Positions 19,222-28,850 of a DNA stretch of 64,000 bases are shown here, one piece after another (positions within the stretch are counted from its first letter, which is position 1; every line of letters starts with the position of its first letter). The notes beneath the pieces are model-generated. The model ran no database searches. It was not told the origin of the DNA and saw nothing but the letters and a program-made list of their open reading frames with translations. The stretch is from a virus: the IMG/VR virus record IMGVR_UViG_3300005573_001011, positions 32,001 through 96,000 of that record; one strand, 5' to 3'. The position numbers and the translations under genes are program-made.

Positions 19222-21441
19222 ATGTCAATACAAACAACCACTTTGCGGGGGGAATCAGGGTACTCTGGTCTTTCTGGTTATTCTGGTACTGTTGGGCCTT
19301 ACGGTCTTAGTGGTTACTCTGGTATTTCCGGATTCTCTGGAATAAGTGGATTTTCAGGAACTTCAGGCTTAAGCGGGTATTCCGGTGTATCTGGTTATTC
19401 TGGTGTGGAAGGTGCTTACAGTGCTAGTGGGTACAGCGGAATCTCTGGTTACTCAGGAGCGACAGGTTCACAAGGAATCCAAGGACTTTCTGGGTACTCC
19501 GGTATTTCCGGTGCTTCCGGATACTCTGGCATTTCTGGTTATAGTGGCACTTACGGTCCGCCGGGTTCGTCTGGATATTCAGGAAGAAGCGGATATTCGG
19601 GAATCTCTGGATACTCAGGAATGGAAGGTGCTTATAGCGCATCTGGTTATTCCGGTATAAGTGGTTATTCTGGTCTAGAAGGACTTAGTGGATACTCAGG
19701 TATTTCCGGTTACTCTGGTCTTAGTGGTTATAGCGGAATAGAAGGATTATCTGGATACTCAGGAATGGAAGGTGCTTATAGCGCATCTGGTTATTCTGGA
19801 ATTTCTGGTTATTCTGGTCTAGAAGGCATTAGTGGGTACTCAGGATTAGAAGGACTTAGTGGCTATTCAGGAATTTCTGGATACTCAGGTCTAGAAGGAC
19901 TTAGCGGATATTCAGGATTAGAAGGTGCTTATAGCGCATCTGGTTATTCTGGAATTTCTGGTTATTCTGGTCTAGAAGGCATTAGTGGATACTCAGGTCT
20001 AGAAGGACTTAGTGGTTACTCTGGAATAAGTGGATATTCAGGAATTTCTGGTTACAGTGGTATAAGTGGCTACTCTGGCATTGAAGGAGCTCAAGGGTTA
20101 TCTGGCTATTCCGGTATAAGTGGTTATTCTGGTCTAGAAGGACTTAGTGGTTACTCCGGAATAAGCGGATATTCAGGAATTTCTGGTTACAGTGGTATAA
20201 GTGGTTATTCAGGAATTTCTGGATACTCAGGTCTAGAAGGACTTAGTGGTTACTCCGGAATAAGCGGATATTCAGGGACTAGTGGTTATTCTGGAATAAG
20301 CGGATACAGTGGTGCTCGTGGTCCTGATGGGCTTTCTGGGTACTCTGGAAGGAGCGGTTACTCAGGAATTTCTGGTTATTCTGGAATGGTTGGTTTCGAT
20401 GGTCTATCAGGATACTCTGGTGTTTCTGGATACTCTGGAATTGAAGGGTATAGTGGTTATTCAGGAATTTCTGGTTATAGTGGGGAAAGTGGAATAAGCG
20501 GTTACTCTGGAAAAACTGGTGCTTATAGTGCTTCTGGATACTCTGGTATTTCCGGTTACTCTGGTTTAGAAGGATTAAGTGGTTATAGTGGATATTCTGG
20601 TGCCCAAGGATATTCTGGTTATTCTGGTATGGAAGGTGCTTATAGTGCTAGTGGATATTCTGGAATAAGTGGATATTCAGGAATTTCAGGTCTATCTGGC
20701 TATTCTGGAATAAGTGGATACAGTGGTATCTCTGGATACTCTGGTATAAGTGGATACTCTGGAATACAGGGATATGTGGGGCAAGATGGAGCTTCTGGAT
20801 ACTCTGGTATTTCCGGTTACTCTGGTTTAGAAGGAGTCGAAGGTTTAAGTGGTTATAGCGGTATAAGTGGATACTCAGGCTTAGAAGGAGCTCAAGGATT
20901 ATCTGGTTACTCTGGAATTTCTGGTTACTCAGGGATAGAAGGTGCTTATAGTGCTAGTGGTTACTCTGGAATAAGTGGATATTCAGGAATTTCTGGTTAC
21001 AGTGGTATAAGTGGTTATTCAGGAATTTCTGGATACTCAGGTCTAGAAGGACTTAGCGGATACTCTGGGATTTCTGGTTATTCTGGTATAAGCGGCTATT
21101 CTGGATACCAGTCAAACGCACTAGACGGAACTGACTATTCTGCAGGAAATTCTGGGAGTAGTAAGACCATCGACTGGTCAAATGGTGCTACTCAATATAT
21201 GACTTTGACTGCTAACTGTACTATTACGTTGTCGAATGGTTCTAACGGTAAAGTGTACAGGCTATTTATATTGAACGACGAAACTGGTGGGTACACAGTT
21301 ACTTGGTCAACTACTATAAACTGGAGAGGAGGAACTACGCCAACTCAAACTACAACAGCTAGTCATGGAGACTGGTATACATTTGTATACTCCAATGGCA
21401 AATGGTTCGGCGACCAAGCTGCGGACTTTACTAATTCGTAA
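19222..21441 (+). CDS. Collagen-like (SGY/SGI)n fibre protein with C-terminal beta domain
   Basis: About 620 aa of G-x-S triplets; C-terminal 'TIDWSNG...TLTANCT' domain. Confidence 0.8.
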   Translation: MSIQTTTLRGESGYSGLSGYSGTVGPYGLSGYSGISGFSGISGFSGTSGLSGYSGVSGYSGVEGAYSASGYSGISGYSGATGSQGIQGLSGYSGISGASGYSGISGYSGTYGPPGSSGYSGRSGYSGISGYSGMEGAYSASGYSGISGYSGLEGLSGYSGISGYSGLSGYSGIEGLSGYSGMEGAYSASGYSGISGYSGLEGISGYSGLEGLSGYSGISGYSGLEGLSGYSGLEGAYSASGYSGISGYSGLEGISGYSGLEGLSGYSGISGYSGISGYSGISGYSGIEGAQGLSGYSGISGYSGLEGLSGYSGISGYSGISGYSGISGYSGISGYSGLEGLSGYSGISGYSGTSGYSGISGYSGARGPDGLSGYSGRSGYSGISGYSGMVGFDGLSGYSGVSGYSGIEGYSGYSGISGYSGESGISGYSGKTGAYSASGYSGISGYSGLEGLSGYSGYSGAQGYSGYSGMEGAYSASGYSGISGYSGISGLSGYSGISGYSGISGYSGISGYSGIQGYVGQDGASGYSGISGYSGLEGVEGLSGYSGISGYSGLEGAQGLSGYSGISGYSGIEGAYSASGYSGISGYSGISGYSGISGYSGISGYSGLEGLSGYSGISGYSGISGYSGYQSNALDGTDYSAGNSGSSKTIDWSNGATQYMTLTANCTITLSNGSNGKVYRLFILNDETGGYTVTWSTTINWRGGTTPTQTTTASHGDWYTFVYSNGKWFGDQAADFTNS

Positions 21442-21456
21442 AGGACTTCTTACGAT

Positions 21457-22671
21457 ATGGCGGTAGACACATATACCAAAGTTTTGTTGCATTTCGATGG
21501 TGAGGATGGTTCGCATAGTTTTACAGATGAATCTGGAAAGACTTGGAGCACTTATGGCTCTGGGTCTATTCCAGAACTTGATACTGACTACAAGAAATTT
21601 GGTTCTGCTTCAGGAAGGTTTTTTGGTGGGACTAATGGTATTATTTACACACCATGGCATACTGATTTTGAAAATATTGGACCATTTACCATCGATTTTT
21701 GGATAAGATTTAATTCACTTTCAGGGACTCAGAAAATATTTAATGTAGTGCAAAGTAGTACTTCTTTCTTCCAGTTCTATTGGGAGTCAAACACATTTAA
21801 GGTCTGGATTTACGATCATAGTGTCCAATTCTCGACTTCGACTTTGTCACTGTCTACAGGCCAGTGGTATCATGTGGCTTTAACTAGACTTAGTGGCACT
21901 TGGAGAATTTTTGTGGACGGTGAAATGAAAGCTGATTATACTGGCTATTCTGGAACACTGGCGAACTGGAACAGTAATGTCTGTATAGGCGGGCAGTACT
22001 ACAGTGGGCCTACCGAGTGCGTCAATGGCTGGATTGATGAGTTTCGATTTTCGAGGCTTTGTAGGTGGGTTGTGGGTGGATTTCCTTTACCAGATAGAGA
22101 TTACAGTAAGATATTTTACCCTTACGCTTACGCAAATAGAGATGGAGATTTTTTTACTGACTGTACTTACTTCAACAATTCTAATGAATATTTTGATATA
22201 GGTGATTCTTACAATTGTTTTATTGTATTTGATAATGTTGCTATACCAAAGAATGCCACATTAACGGAAGCATATATCGAACTGTGTGCGTGGTCTTATA
22301 GTGCAGATGACACCGTTAAAGTAAAAATACACTTTGCTGATGAAGACGATCCCAGCATACCAACAAGTTGTAGTGATATTAATAGTAGGTCTAGAACCAC
22401 AGGAGTAGAATGGAATAATGTTCCTCACACTGAAGAAAATGGGTGGATTACCACACCAGACATAAAAACAGCGTTGCAACCTGTTGTCAATAGAAGTGGT
22501 TGGTCTAGTGGAAACAAAGTAATGGCTATTATTCTAGACAATGGTGGTGATCCTGGAGCTTACAGAGATATTTGGGAAGCATATTCACTAAGATTTCCTG
22601 AGTTAAGAGTTGATTGGACAGAAGGAGGACCCTCACCCCAGCAAGGTTCGCTATTCACTTTCCAGTGGTAG
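21457..22671 (+). CDS. LamG/concanavalin-A-like lectin-domain virion protein
   Basis: 'LLHFDG', 'FTIDFW', 'WYHVALTR', 'GWIDEFRFS'. Confidence 0.8.
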   Translation: MAVDTYTKVLLHFDGEDGSHSFTDESGKTWSTYGSGSIPELDTDYKKFGSASGRFFGGTNGIIYTPWHTDFENIGPFTIDFWIRFNSLSGTQKIFNVVQSSTSFFQFYWESNTFKVWIYDHSVQFSTSTLSLSTGQWYHVALTRLSGTWRIFVDGEMKADYTGYSGTLANWNSNVCIGGQYYSGPTECVNGWIDEFRFSRLCRWVVGGFPLPDRDYSKIFYPYAYANRDGDFFTDCTYFNNSNEYFDIGDSYNCFIVFDNVAIPKNATLTEAYIELCAWSYSADDTVKVKIHFADEDDPSIPTSCSDINSRSRTTGVEWNNVPHTEENGWITTPDIKTALQPVVNRSGWSSGNKVMAIILDNGGDPGAYRDIWEAYSLRFPELRVDWTEGGPSPQQGSLFTFQW

Positions 22672-22726
22672 TTATAATTTAACTCGTTAATTTTTTTAGA
22701 GAAAAGCCTGTAAGAGAGGTTTACTT

Positions 22727-23107
22727 ATGGAGATTTATGGTGCAGAAGTAAAAGCCACTTTAAAGATGGCTAAAGAAGCGGTTTTCGAACAAGAGTACGA
22801 CAACGGAAACAGTGGTGCAAACAAGACGATTGACTGGAGACATGGAAACAAGCAAAAACTTACTCTCACGGCAAACTGTACGTTAACTTTTACTAATCCG
22901 AGTGGTTGCACTGGTGGTCTTAGTCTCAGAATAGTCCAAGGAGGTGCTGGTAGCTATACTATTGCTTGGCCTAGTAATACTAGATGGCCGGGAGGTCAAG
23001 CCCCAACTTTGACTTCTGGTGTCGGAAGTGTAGATATTGTTGGGTTTTACTTCGATGGTAGTTACTATTATGGTATAGCAAGCACGAACTTCCTACCAGC
23101 AACATGA
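22727..23107 (+). CDS. Stand-alone paralog of the 19222 C-terminal fibre domain
   Basis: GNSGANKTIDWRHG..LTLTANCTLTF vs GNSGSSKTIDWSNG..MTLTANCTITL. Confidence 0.75.
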   Translation: MEIYGAEVKATLKMAKEAVFEQEYDNGNSGANKTIDWRHGNKQKLTLTANCTLTFTNPSGCTGGLSLRIVQGGAGSYTIAWPSNTRWPGGQAPTLTSGVGSVDIVGFYFDGSYYYGIASTNFLPAT

Positions 23108-23108
23108 G

Positions 23109-23702
23109 GTGAGAATAGTTATGGAAACTCAGTATAATCCTGAGTATCTTGAAAGTGTAAGAAAGTGGAAAACACCACAAGACGTACTTAAATATATCGA
23201 AACGTTTTCGTATGCTTCTGAGTTTTTGCCAGATACGAAAAGGAATCTACAACTCTATAAGATCTACCATCCTAAAATGCTTGATTTAGACACTCTATAT
23301 AAAACAAGACGTGGAACATGTACTAACGTTTATTACTTCTTTGTAAAGACAGTAAATACGATTGACCCTTCCTATGCTGCTTTTGCTATAACTATGACGT
23401 GGAGGGGTCCTTGGTCTGGTGTAAATAAGATTTGCTTCTGGTTTGAAGATTTTAAAGTCAAGAGTTTTCGTTGGACACCACAAGACGGTGGCAAACTCGT
23501 TTTAGATGAACCCTTCTCTTCTTTGGAGAGTGCTAGAGATTTCTACATAAGTATGGCAAAAGAGAGCTTAAAACCAAAAGAGATACCTATAAAATACGGT
23601 ATTTCGATTTTAGACATAAGAGTACTACGAGACCTAAAAATACAGCATGCATTAGAAGTTTTTGGTATAGACGATGGATATAGTATATACAGAAAGTTCT
23701 AA
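23109..23702 (+). CDS. Transglutaminase-like (papain-fold) protein, copy 1
   Basis: 'TPQDVLKYI', 'RRGTCT'; shares PFSSLES..DFY with 34357. Confidence 0.5.
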   Translation: MRIVMETQYNPEYLESVRKWKTPQDVLKYIETFSYASEFLPDTKRNLQLYKIYHPKMLDLDTLYKTRRGTCTNVYYFFVKTVNTIDPSYAAFAITMTWRGPWSGVNKICFWFEDFKVKSFRWTPQDGGKLVLDEPFSSLESARDFYISMAKESLKPKEIPIKYGISILDIRVLRDLKIQHALEVFGIDDGYSIYRKF

Positions 23703-24543
23703 GTTTTATGTGGTTACCAATGAAGAAAGAGAAGAGGTAAAAAACTACCTGAAGAACAGTGGCAAGACCGTAGGCAGAGTTGGAATTAGCGGTACTGTTC
23801 ATGAAGGACATAAGTTTATTATAGAGACAGTTAAAAAATTGTACGATGTCGTTATTGTAGACTATGCTTCTTGGGTTCGTTTAGTTTCTTCTCGCTTGTT
23901 TTCCAGTTTCGCACTTCCAAGTGCAGTCACTCCTCCTGATAAGGTAGTGGAGAGCCTTAAAAGGAATAACGTTAGCTTTGACTACTTTTTTTGTACTAAT
24001 ATAACTGAAAAAATTTCGAGAGAAACTAGTTTCTTTAGAAGTTACGAAAGTGAGTTTCGTAACGTGTTAAAAAAGCTTGGATTTACGAGAACTAGCTTAG
24101 TAACACTATTGTGGCAAATTATAGTTGAAGAAGTAACCGGAGACACTGAAGAAGTTGGTCAGTCGTTTCTAGGTCCAAAAAATATTTTGATTGACCTTGT
24201 TTCGAAAGCTGTCGTTGGCCAGAATGCTAAGTATTTTCCAAACTATATTTGGAAATCCTATAGAGATCCGTCTACTTTCACTCTTGAGTCAAGAACATCT
24301 TCATCTATCTTGCTCGGGAAAGTTGCTAGAGAAGCCTATTCCGAACTACTTCGTGGTAAGACTGATGCTAAATATTTTGCTAACCTTGGGTCTGAGTTTT
24401 ATAGACAGGAACCAGGGTTTACTATAATAGACTACAAACGTCTGGAAAAAGTAGACCACGTAACAGATAATTGCGTTCTTGTTTTTTCTGAAGAAAACAA
24501 GTTCGACTACATTTTTATTAAAGACGGAATGATAATTTCCTGA
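23674..24543 (+). CDS. Divergent pantoate-beta-alanine ligase (PanC)-like HxGH enzyme, copy 1
   Basis: 'GKTVGRVGISGTVHEGH', 'GPKN', 'RDPSTFTLESR'. Confidence 0.6.
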   Translation: MDIVYTESSKFYVVTNEEREEVKNYLKNSGKTVGRVGISGTVHEGHKFIIETVKKLYDVVIVDYASWVRLVSSRLFSSFALPSAVTPPDKVVESLKRNNVSFDYFFCTNITEKISRETSFFRSYESEFRNVLKKLGFTRTSLVTLLWQIIVEEVTGDTEEVGQSFLGPKNILIDLVSKAVVGQNAKYFPNYIWKSYRDPSTFTLESRTSSSILLGKVAREAYSELLRGKTDAKYFANLGSEFYRQEPGFTIIDYKRLEKVDHVTDNCVLVFSEENKFDYIFIKDGMIIS

Positions 24544-24559
24544 GTTATGGAGAAACTTC

Positions 24560-25102
24560 ATGCAAAAAACTGGGTGTACTTGCGACTCTACATGCTATAA
24601 TTTTTCCTGCTCTTGTAACACTACTTGCTATGGTTATCAAGCATGTCAGTACGGATGCGATAGTGGTTCGTACGGAGTGTCCTGTCCTTGTAATACTTCT
24701 TGCTATTCTTTTTCGTGTAGCTGTGATGCTAGGTGCCATAATTATGGTTGCACTTGCAATACGCTTTGCCATGGTTACCAAACATGTATGTACGGGTGCG
24801 ATAGTTCTTGCTATAATTATGGCAAAGCATGCGAATGTGATACGACGTGTTATGGATATGTCCCATGTTCGTGCGACAATACGCGTTACGGGTATACATG
24901 CACATGCGATGGCTGGTGCGACTCGTATACTCCTTGCTCATGCTACGGCCCAGGATATACTGTATGCACTTGCTATACGACATGTTATGGCTATTCCCCG
25001 TGCTCGTGCAATAATACGTGTTACGGATTTGTATGTACGTGCAATGCAACTTGTTACCAAGAAAGATTTGGTGCAGATGCTTTATCGTTCGAACTGTTCT
25101 AG
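24560..25102 (+). CDS. Cys/Tyr-rich repeat protein (39 Cys; about 14 CxCxxxCY-type units)
   Basis: GGAG RBS 7 nt upstream; 10 exact CxCxxxC units plus 4 variants. Confidence 0.8.
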   Translation: MQKTGCTCDSTCYNFSCSCNTTCYGYQACQYGCDSGSYGVSCPCNTSCYSFSCSCDARCHNYGCTCNTLCHGYQTCMYGCDSSCYNYGKACECDTTCYGYVPCSCDNTRYGYTCTCDGWCDSYTPCSCYGPGYTVCTCYTTCYGYSPCSCNNTCYGFVCTCNATCYQERFGADALSFELF

Positions 25103-25225
25103 CGGAAGGCAGATCTTAAAATGGGTCGAAGTACTTGCCAGTAATGCAGAAGTTCTAACGGAAGATCTTTGAAAATTTTAGTAGACGAATACACGTTGGA
25201 ATCTTAGTGATAAGGATTTATGGGC

Positions 25226-25465
25226 AAAAAAAAAGAGAAGCTTCTTTTAGCTTCTCTCTCTTGTCTCTACTCACGACGAACCCACAACACATTGTTAGAG
25301 TCGATCGTGAACTTCCTATCGCTAGTCTCGATGATAACCTGCCCAGGTAGACTGAGCATTCTTACGACGTTCTTAAATCTTCTCGTAACTCCCGTCACAT
25401 ACTCAATTATTACGTTCATTTTCTGCCTCCTTTATTTTATTTTTCTAAATAGAAATATATATAGC
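25226..25465 (-). repeat. Mini-gene cassette copy A (promoter-RBS-ORF-terminator), inverted relative to copy B
   Basis: Highly similar to the reverse complement of 30721..30961. Confidence 0.9.
25267..25419 (-). CDS. 50-aa hypothetical protein, copy A
   Basis: MNVIIEYVTGVTRRFKNVVRMLSLPGQVIIETSDRKFTIDSNNVLWVRRE; GGAGGCAG RBS. Confidence 0.8.
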   Translation of the reverse strand: MNVIIEYVTGVTRRFKNVVRMLSLPGQVIIETSDRKFTIDSNNVLWVRRE

Positions 25466-25537
25466 AAACTCATTTTTTATAAGAAGCTAAAATATTGCAA
25501 GTGAACAAATTGAAAAGAAGACGAAAAGGAGTGAAGT

Positions 25538-28500
25538 ATGAGAATCACTTGGACGGCGTTTTTGCACCCTTTTACTGCTATGGGTGTAATTGCTGTAAAC
25601 GTGGTTAGAGAACTTTCTAAGCTTGGTATAGACGTAGGAATAAATGTTTTAAACCCTTCTGAGTACTCTCCAACAGATTATCCAACCGAGATCCAAAAAG
25701 CGGTAGAAAAAGGCTATAGAGAAGATTCTATTAACATCTTCTTTTCTTACCCAGACATCTATGGCAACGTTAGATGCAGAGTTAACGTTGGATTTACGGG
25801 TGCAGACTCTACAGAATGGTATCAAACAGGAGCTGACAAGCCTCCAGCACAGATCTGTAACGAACTAATGGATTACATGTTAACTCCATCTGAGTACAGT
25901 AAACGAATAATGCAAAACTGTGGTGTAGCTGTTCCAATAATAGTTTTCCCACATGGTGTAGATACTGATATATTTAAACCAGCAAATAAAACTTCGTCTG
26001 GGTTTAGATTTCTTTACATTGGTGAGTTATCTAGAAGAAAAGGAACGTTCGACTTAATTTCATGTTTCGATAAATTTAGCTTCGTTTATCCAGAAGCTAC
26101 TCTTGTGCTTAGGGCTAATACTCATATGAAGTATTACGATGGCCAAGAGATAGAACGACAATGCCAGCAAAATAAGCAGATTACAGTAGTATACGAGAAC
26201 AGAGGCCAAGAAGACATTGCTAAATATATGCAGAATTCTGATGTTCTTGTCCATCCAACTAGAGCAGATTGGTTTGGAATGCCTCCACTTGAAGCTTTAG
26301 CTTGCGGTATTCCAGTTATTGCTACAGCTTCTAACGGATACTACGAATTCCTAAAAGACTTTATAGTTCCAGTTAATTTTAGTTTACGAGAAGTTGGAAA
26401 CGAGCACCCTTACTTAAAAGGTAAGTGGAATGTTATAGATAGAGAAGATTTACTTGCGAAAATGGTTTTTGCGTACAATAATATAGAAAAGTTGACACAA
26501 AAGAGCAGGGAAGTATCTGAACGAATTAGAGAAGAATTTAGTTGGAAGAAAGTAGTAGAGAAGTACTTAGTACCATTTTTAGAAGAAGTTCACGAAAAGC
26601 ATTTTAAGCGAGAATTAGTAAAAGTAGCGAAACAAGACAACTACAGAATTACAGTTGGGATCCCGACTAAAGACCGTCTTCTAGAACTCTCACTTCTCCT
26701 CATGTCTCTGCTAAACCAAACTTATAAAGATTTCGAAGTAATTATTGTTAACGACTGGTTCGGAAACATCTATGGCAATACTACTCTAAATTCGATTATT
26801 AGAATGCTCAACGAAAATGGCAATACTGTTACGATTATCGAAGGTGAGAGAAGGGGCCCCCATATCGCTGGACAGAAGATTTTAGATAATGCTAAAACTG
26901 AGCTAATCTTAAGACTTGACGACGATGTAGTTCTGCAGCCAAACTTTATAGAAGAGCTAGTTAACGCATACAAGGAACTAACAAGTAAAGGAAAGAATGT
27001 TGCTGCTATTGGACCGATTTATCTTAATCCACATGAAGAGCTCCGCAAACAAGTCTTGCCTCAAAACATGACAAAGGAAGAGATGGAAAACTACGGAAAA
27101 GTCGTATGGGATGGAAGAAACTTATTTTTAACTGGGTGGATACAGATTAACATGCATCCTCGCAACGAACTAGTTAAAGTAGAGCACTTAAACTCTGGCT
27201 TCATGTATAGAAAGAGTGTTGGCAAACAGATCGGAGGGTTGAGAAAAGACTTGTCAATAGTCGGTCATAGGGAAGAAAGTGATTTCTCTTGGAGAATGCA
27301 TAAAGCTGGCTACGAACTGTTCGTTTGCCCAACTGCTATCGCTTATCATTTTCATCCGATGATCGGTGGAATAAGAGAGACAATGGGCAAAGCAATTGAG
27401 AAAGAGAACTGGGATAGAGACGAAACCCTCTTCTTGCAAACTATAGCAGGTGAACTTGGGGCTAAAGATCAGGTTGCGGTTGTGGTTCTCACTCATGGAT
27501 CTGACCACATGAATTTGCGGATGCTCCTTGGAGATATACTTAAATTTACTAGTCACTCTCACGAACTTATTGTTGTCAACAATGACTCAACGCCAGAATC
27601 TCATAGTGACATAGTACGTATAGAACAAGACGTAAAGTCTAGAATTACGAACTCGAAATTCTTTAATTTGCAGAAAGAAGTGTCGGTAAGCGAAGCTAGA
27701 AATTTCGGTGCAAAACAAAGAAGTGAGAAAAGCAAGTACATTTGCTTTATAGATGACGATGCCAGAATTCTTGGAAGATTTAGCCAAGAAGAAGATTGGC
27801 TAGACTTTTTGTGCAGAAAATTCAACGAACAACCCGATATAGCAGCAGTAGCACCAATTTACACGTGGTTCGACGACTTGAAATGCGACTGCGTTTCGGT
27901 GGCTTGCATGCTTACTTCAGTAAAAGTCTGGGAAGTTGTAGGAGGATTCGATCCAGTCTTCGGGAACTTGAAAAAGGGGACATGGGGATATGAAGACGTA
28001 GACTGGAGTTATAGGGCACAGATACTTGGTTACAAACTAAAGTCAGTAGAGACGAACGCTTTTCCTTTTTACCATGGTGACACCACATTTAAACCTAAGT
28101 CTGAGTTAATCCAAGCTGGACTAATTAAAGCTCGAGAACTGTTGCTAGCTAAATGGTCAAAACATGATACTGAGAAATTCTGCAGGACAACTTATCCTCT
28201 TACTCGAGAGCAGTTAGAACTTAGAGGAACGAAACTGAACTTAGGGTGCTACTTTATGCATTTGGATAACTTTATAAATGTAGACGTAAATCCAGACTGC
28301 GGTGCGGATCTTGTCCTCGATATAAGAGACTTAAAGAAGAACTTCCAGCCAAATTCAGTGTCTCTTGTTTTAGCATCTCACGTTATAGAGCACTTCACTA
28401 AAGAAGAGGCTAAACAAATTCTACGCGACATTTACGACATCTTGCTACCTGGAGGTTTCTTAATTGTAGAAGTTCCAAACTGTAAAAACTTAGATGAACG

Positions 28501-28705
28501 ATTAGCTAAAGGAGAGATTGACAAGTGGACGTATGACATTTTCAAGGACGGATGCCCAAAGGGAGTAGCCCAGAAACATAAGGCTATGTACGAAGAAGAC
28601 AGTTTGCGTGAACTTTTACAGAGTTGTGGTTTTACGAACTTAGTTAGAAATCCAATCGTTAGTAATAAAGAATCTGACTGTTTAAGAATAGATGCAAGAA
28701 AATAA
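25538..28705 (+). CDS. Multidomain glycosyltransferase (GT4 + GT2 + GT2 + methyltransferase)
   Basis: HGVD, RKG and FGMPPLEALACG (GT-B); two DDD motifs (GT-A); LNLGC and SHVIEH (methyltransferase). Confidence 0.85.
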   Translation: MRITWTAFLHPFTAMGVIAVNVVRELSKLGIDVGINVLNPSEYSPTDYPTEIQKAVEKGYREDSINIFFSYPDIYGNVRCRVNVGFTGADSTEWYQTGADKPPAQICNELMDYMLTPSEYSKRIMQNCGVAVPIIVFPHGVDTDIFKPANKTSSGFRFLYIGELSRRKGTFDLISCFDKFSFVYPEATLVLRANTHMKYYDGQEIERQCQQNKQITVVYENRGQEDIAKYMQNSDVLVHPTRADWFGMPPLEALACGIPVIATASNGYYEFLKDFIVPVNFSLREVGNEHPYLKGKWNVIDREDLLAKMVFAYNNIEKLTQKSREVSERIREEFSWKKVVEKYLVPFLEEVHEKHFKRELVKVAKQDNYRITVGIPTKDRLLELSLLLMSLLNQTYKDFEVIIVNDWFGNIYGNTTLNSIIRMLNENGNTVTIIEGERRGPHIAGQKILDNAKTELILRLDDDVVLQPNFIEELVNAYKELTSKGKNVAAIGPIYLNPHEELRKQVLPQNMTKEEMENYGKVVWDGRNLFLTGWIQINMHPRNELVKVEHLNSGFMYRKSVGKQIGGLRKDLSIVGHREESDFSWRMHKAGYELFVCPTAIAYHFHPMIGGIRETMGKAIEKENWDRDETLFLQTIAGELGAKDQVAVVVLTHGSDHMNLRMLLGDILKFTSHSHELIVVNNDSTPESHSDIVRIEQDVKSRITNSKFFNLQKEVSVSEARNFGAKQRSEKSKYICFIDDDARILGRFSQEEDWLDFLCRKFNEQPDIAAVAPIYTWFDDLKCDCVSVACMLTSVKVWEVVGGFDPVFGNLKKGTWGYEDVDWSYRAQILGYKLKSVETNAFPFYHGDTTFKPKSELIQAGLIKARELLLAKWSKHDTEKFCRTTYPLTREQLELRGTKLNLGCYFMHLDNFINVDVNPDCGADLVLDIRDLKKNFQPNSVSLVLASHVIEHFTKEEAKQILRDIYDILLPGGFLIVEVPNCKNLDERLAKGEIDKWTYDIFKDGCPKGVAQKHKAMYEEDSLRELLQSCGFTNLVRNPIVSNKESDCLRIDARK

Positions 28706-28850
28706 GGAATAATTTTAGTTGGTGAAGAGGCCTTAGTGATTAACAGACAAGATTTATGGACTATGAGAACTTATGCAGGAGACTGTTAAACCAAAGAAAG
28801 CGCAGTGGTGCGATTAGAAGAAGACCTGGGTCAAGGGAGGCATTAGACAA

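Noticed and set aside
24545-25172. Alternative-frame ORFs over the Cys-rich gene (24630..25172 +, 24729..25049 -, 24545..24781 -)
   Set aside because: By-products of the TGY/TAY repeat. Only the 24560 frame has an RBS and a coherent motif.
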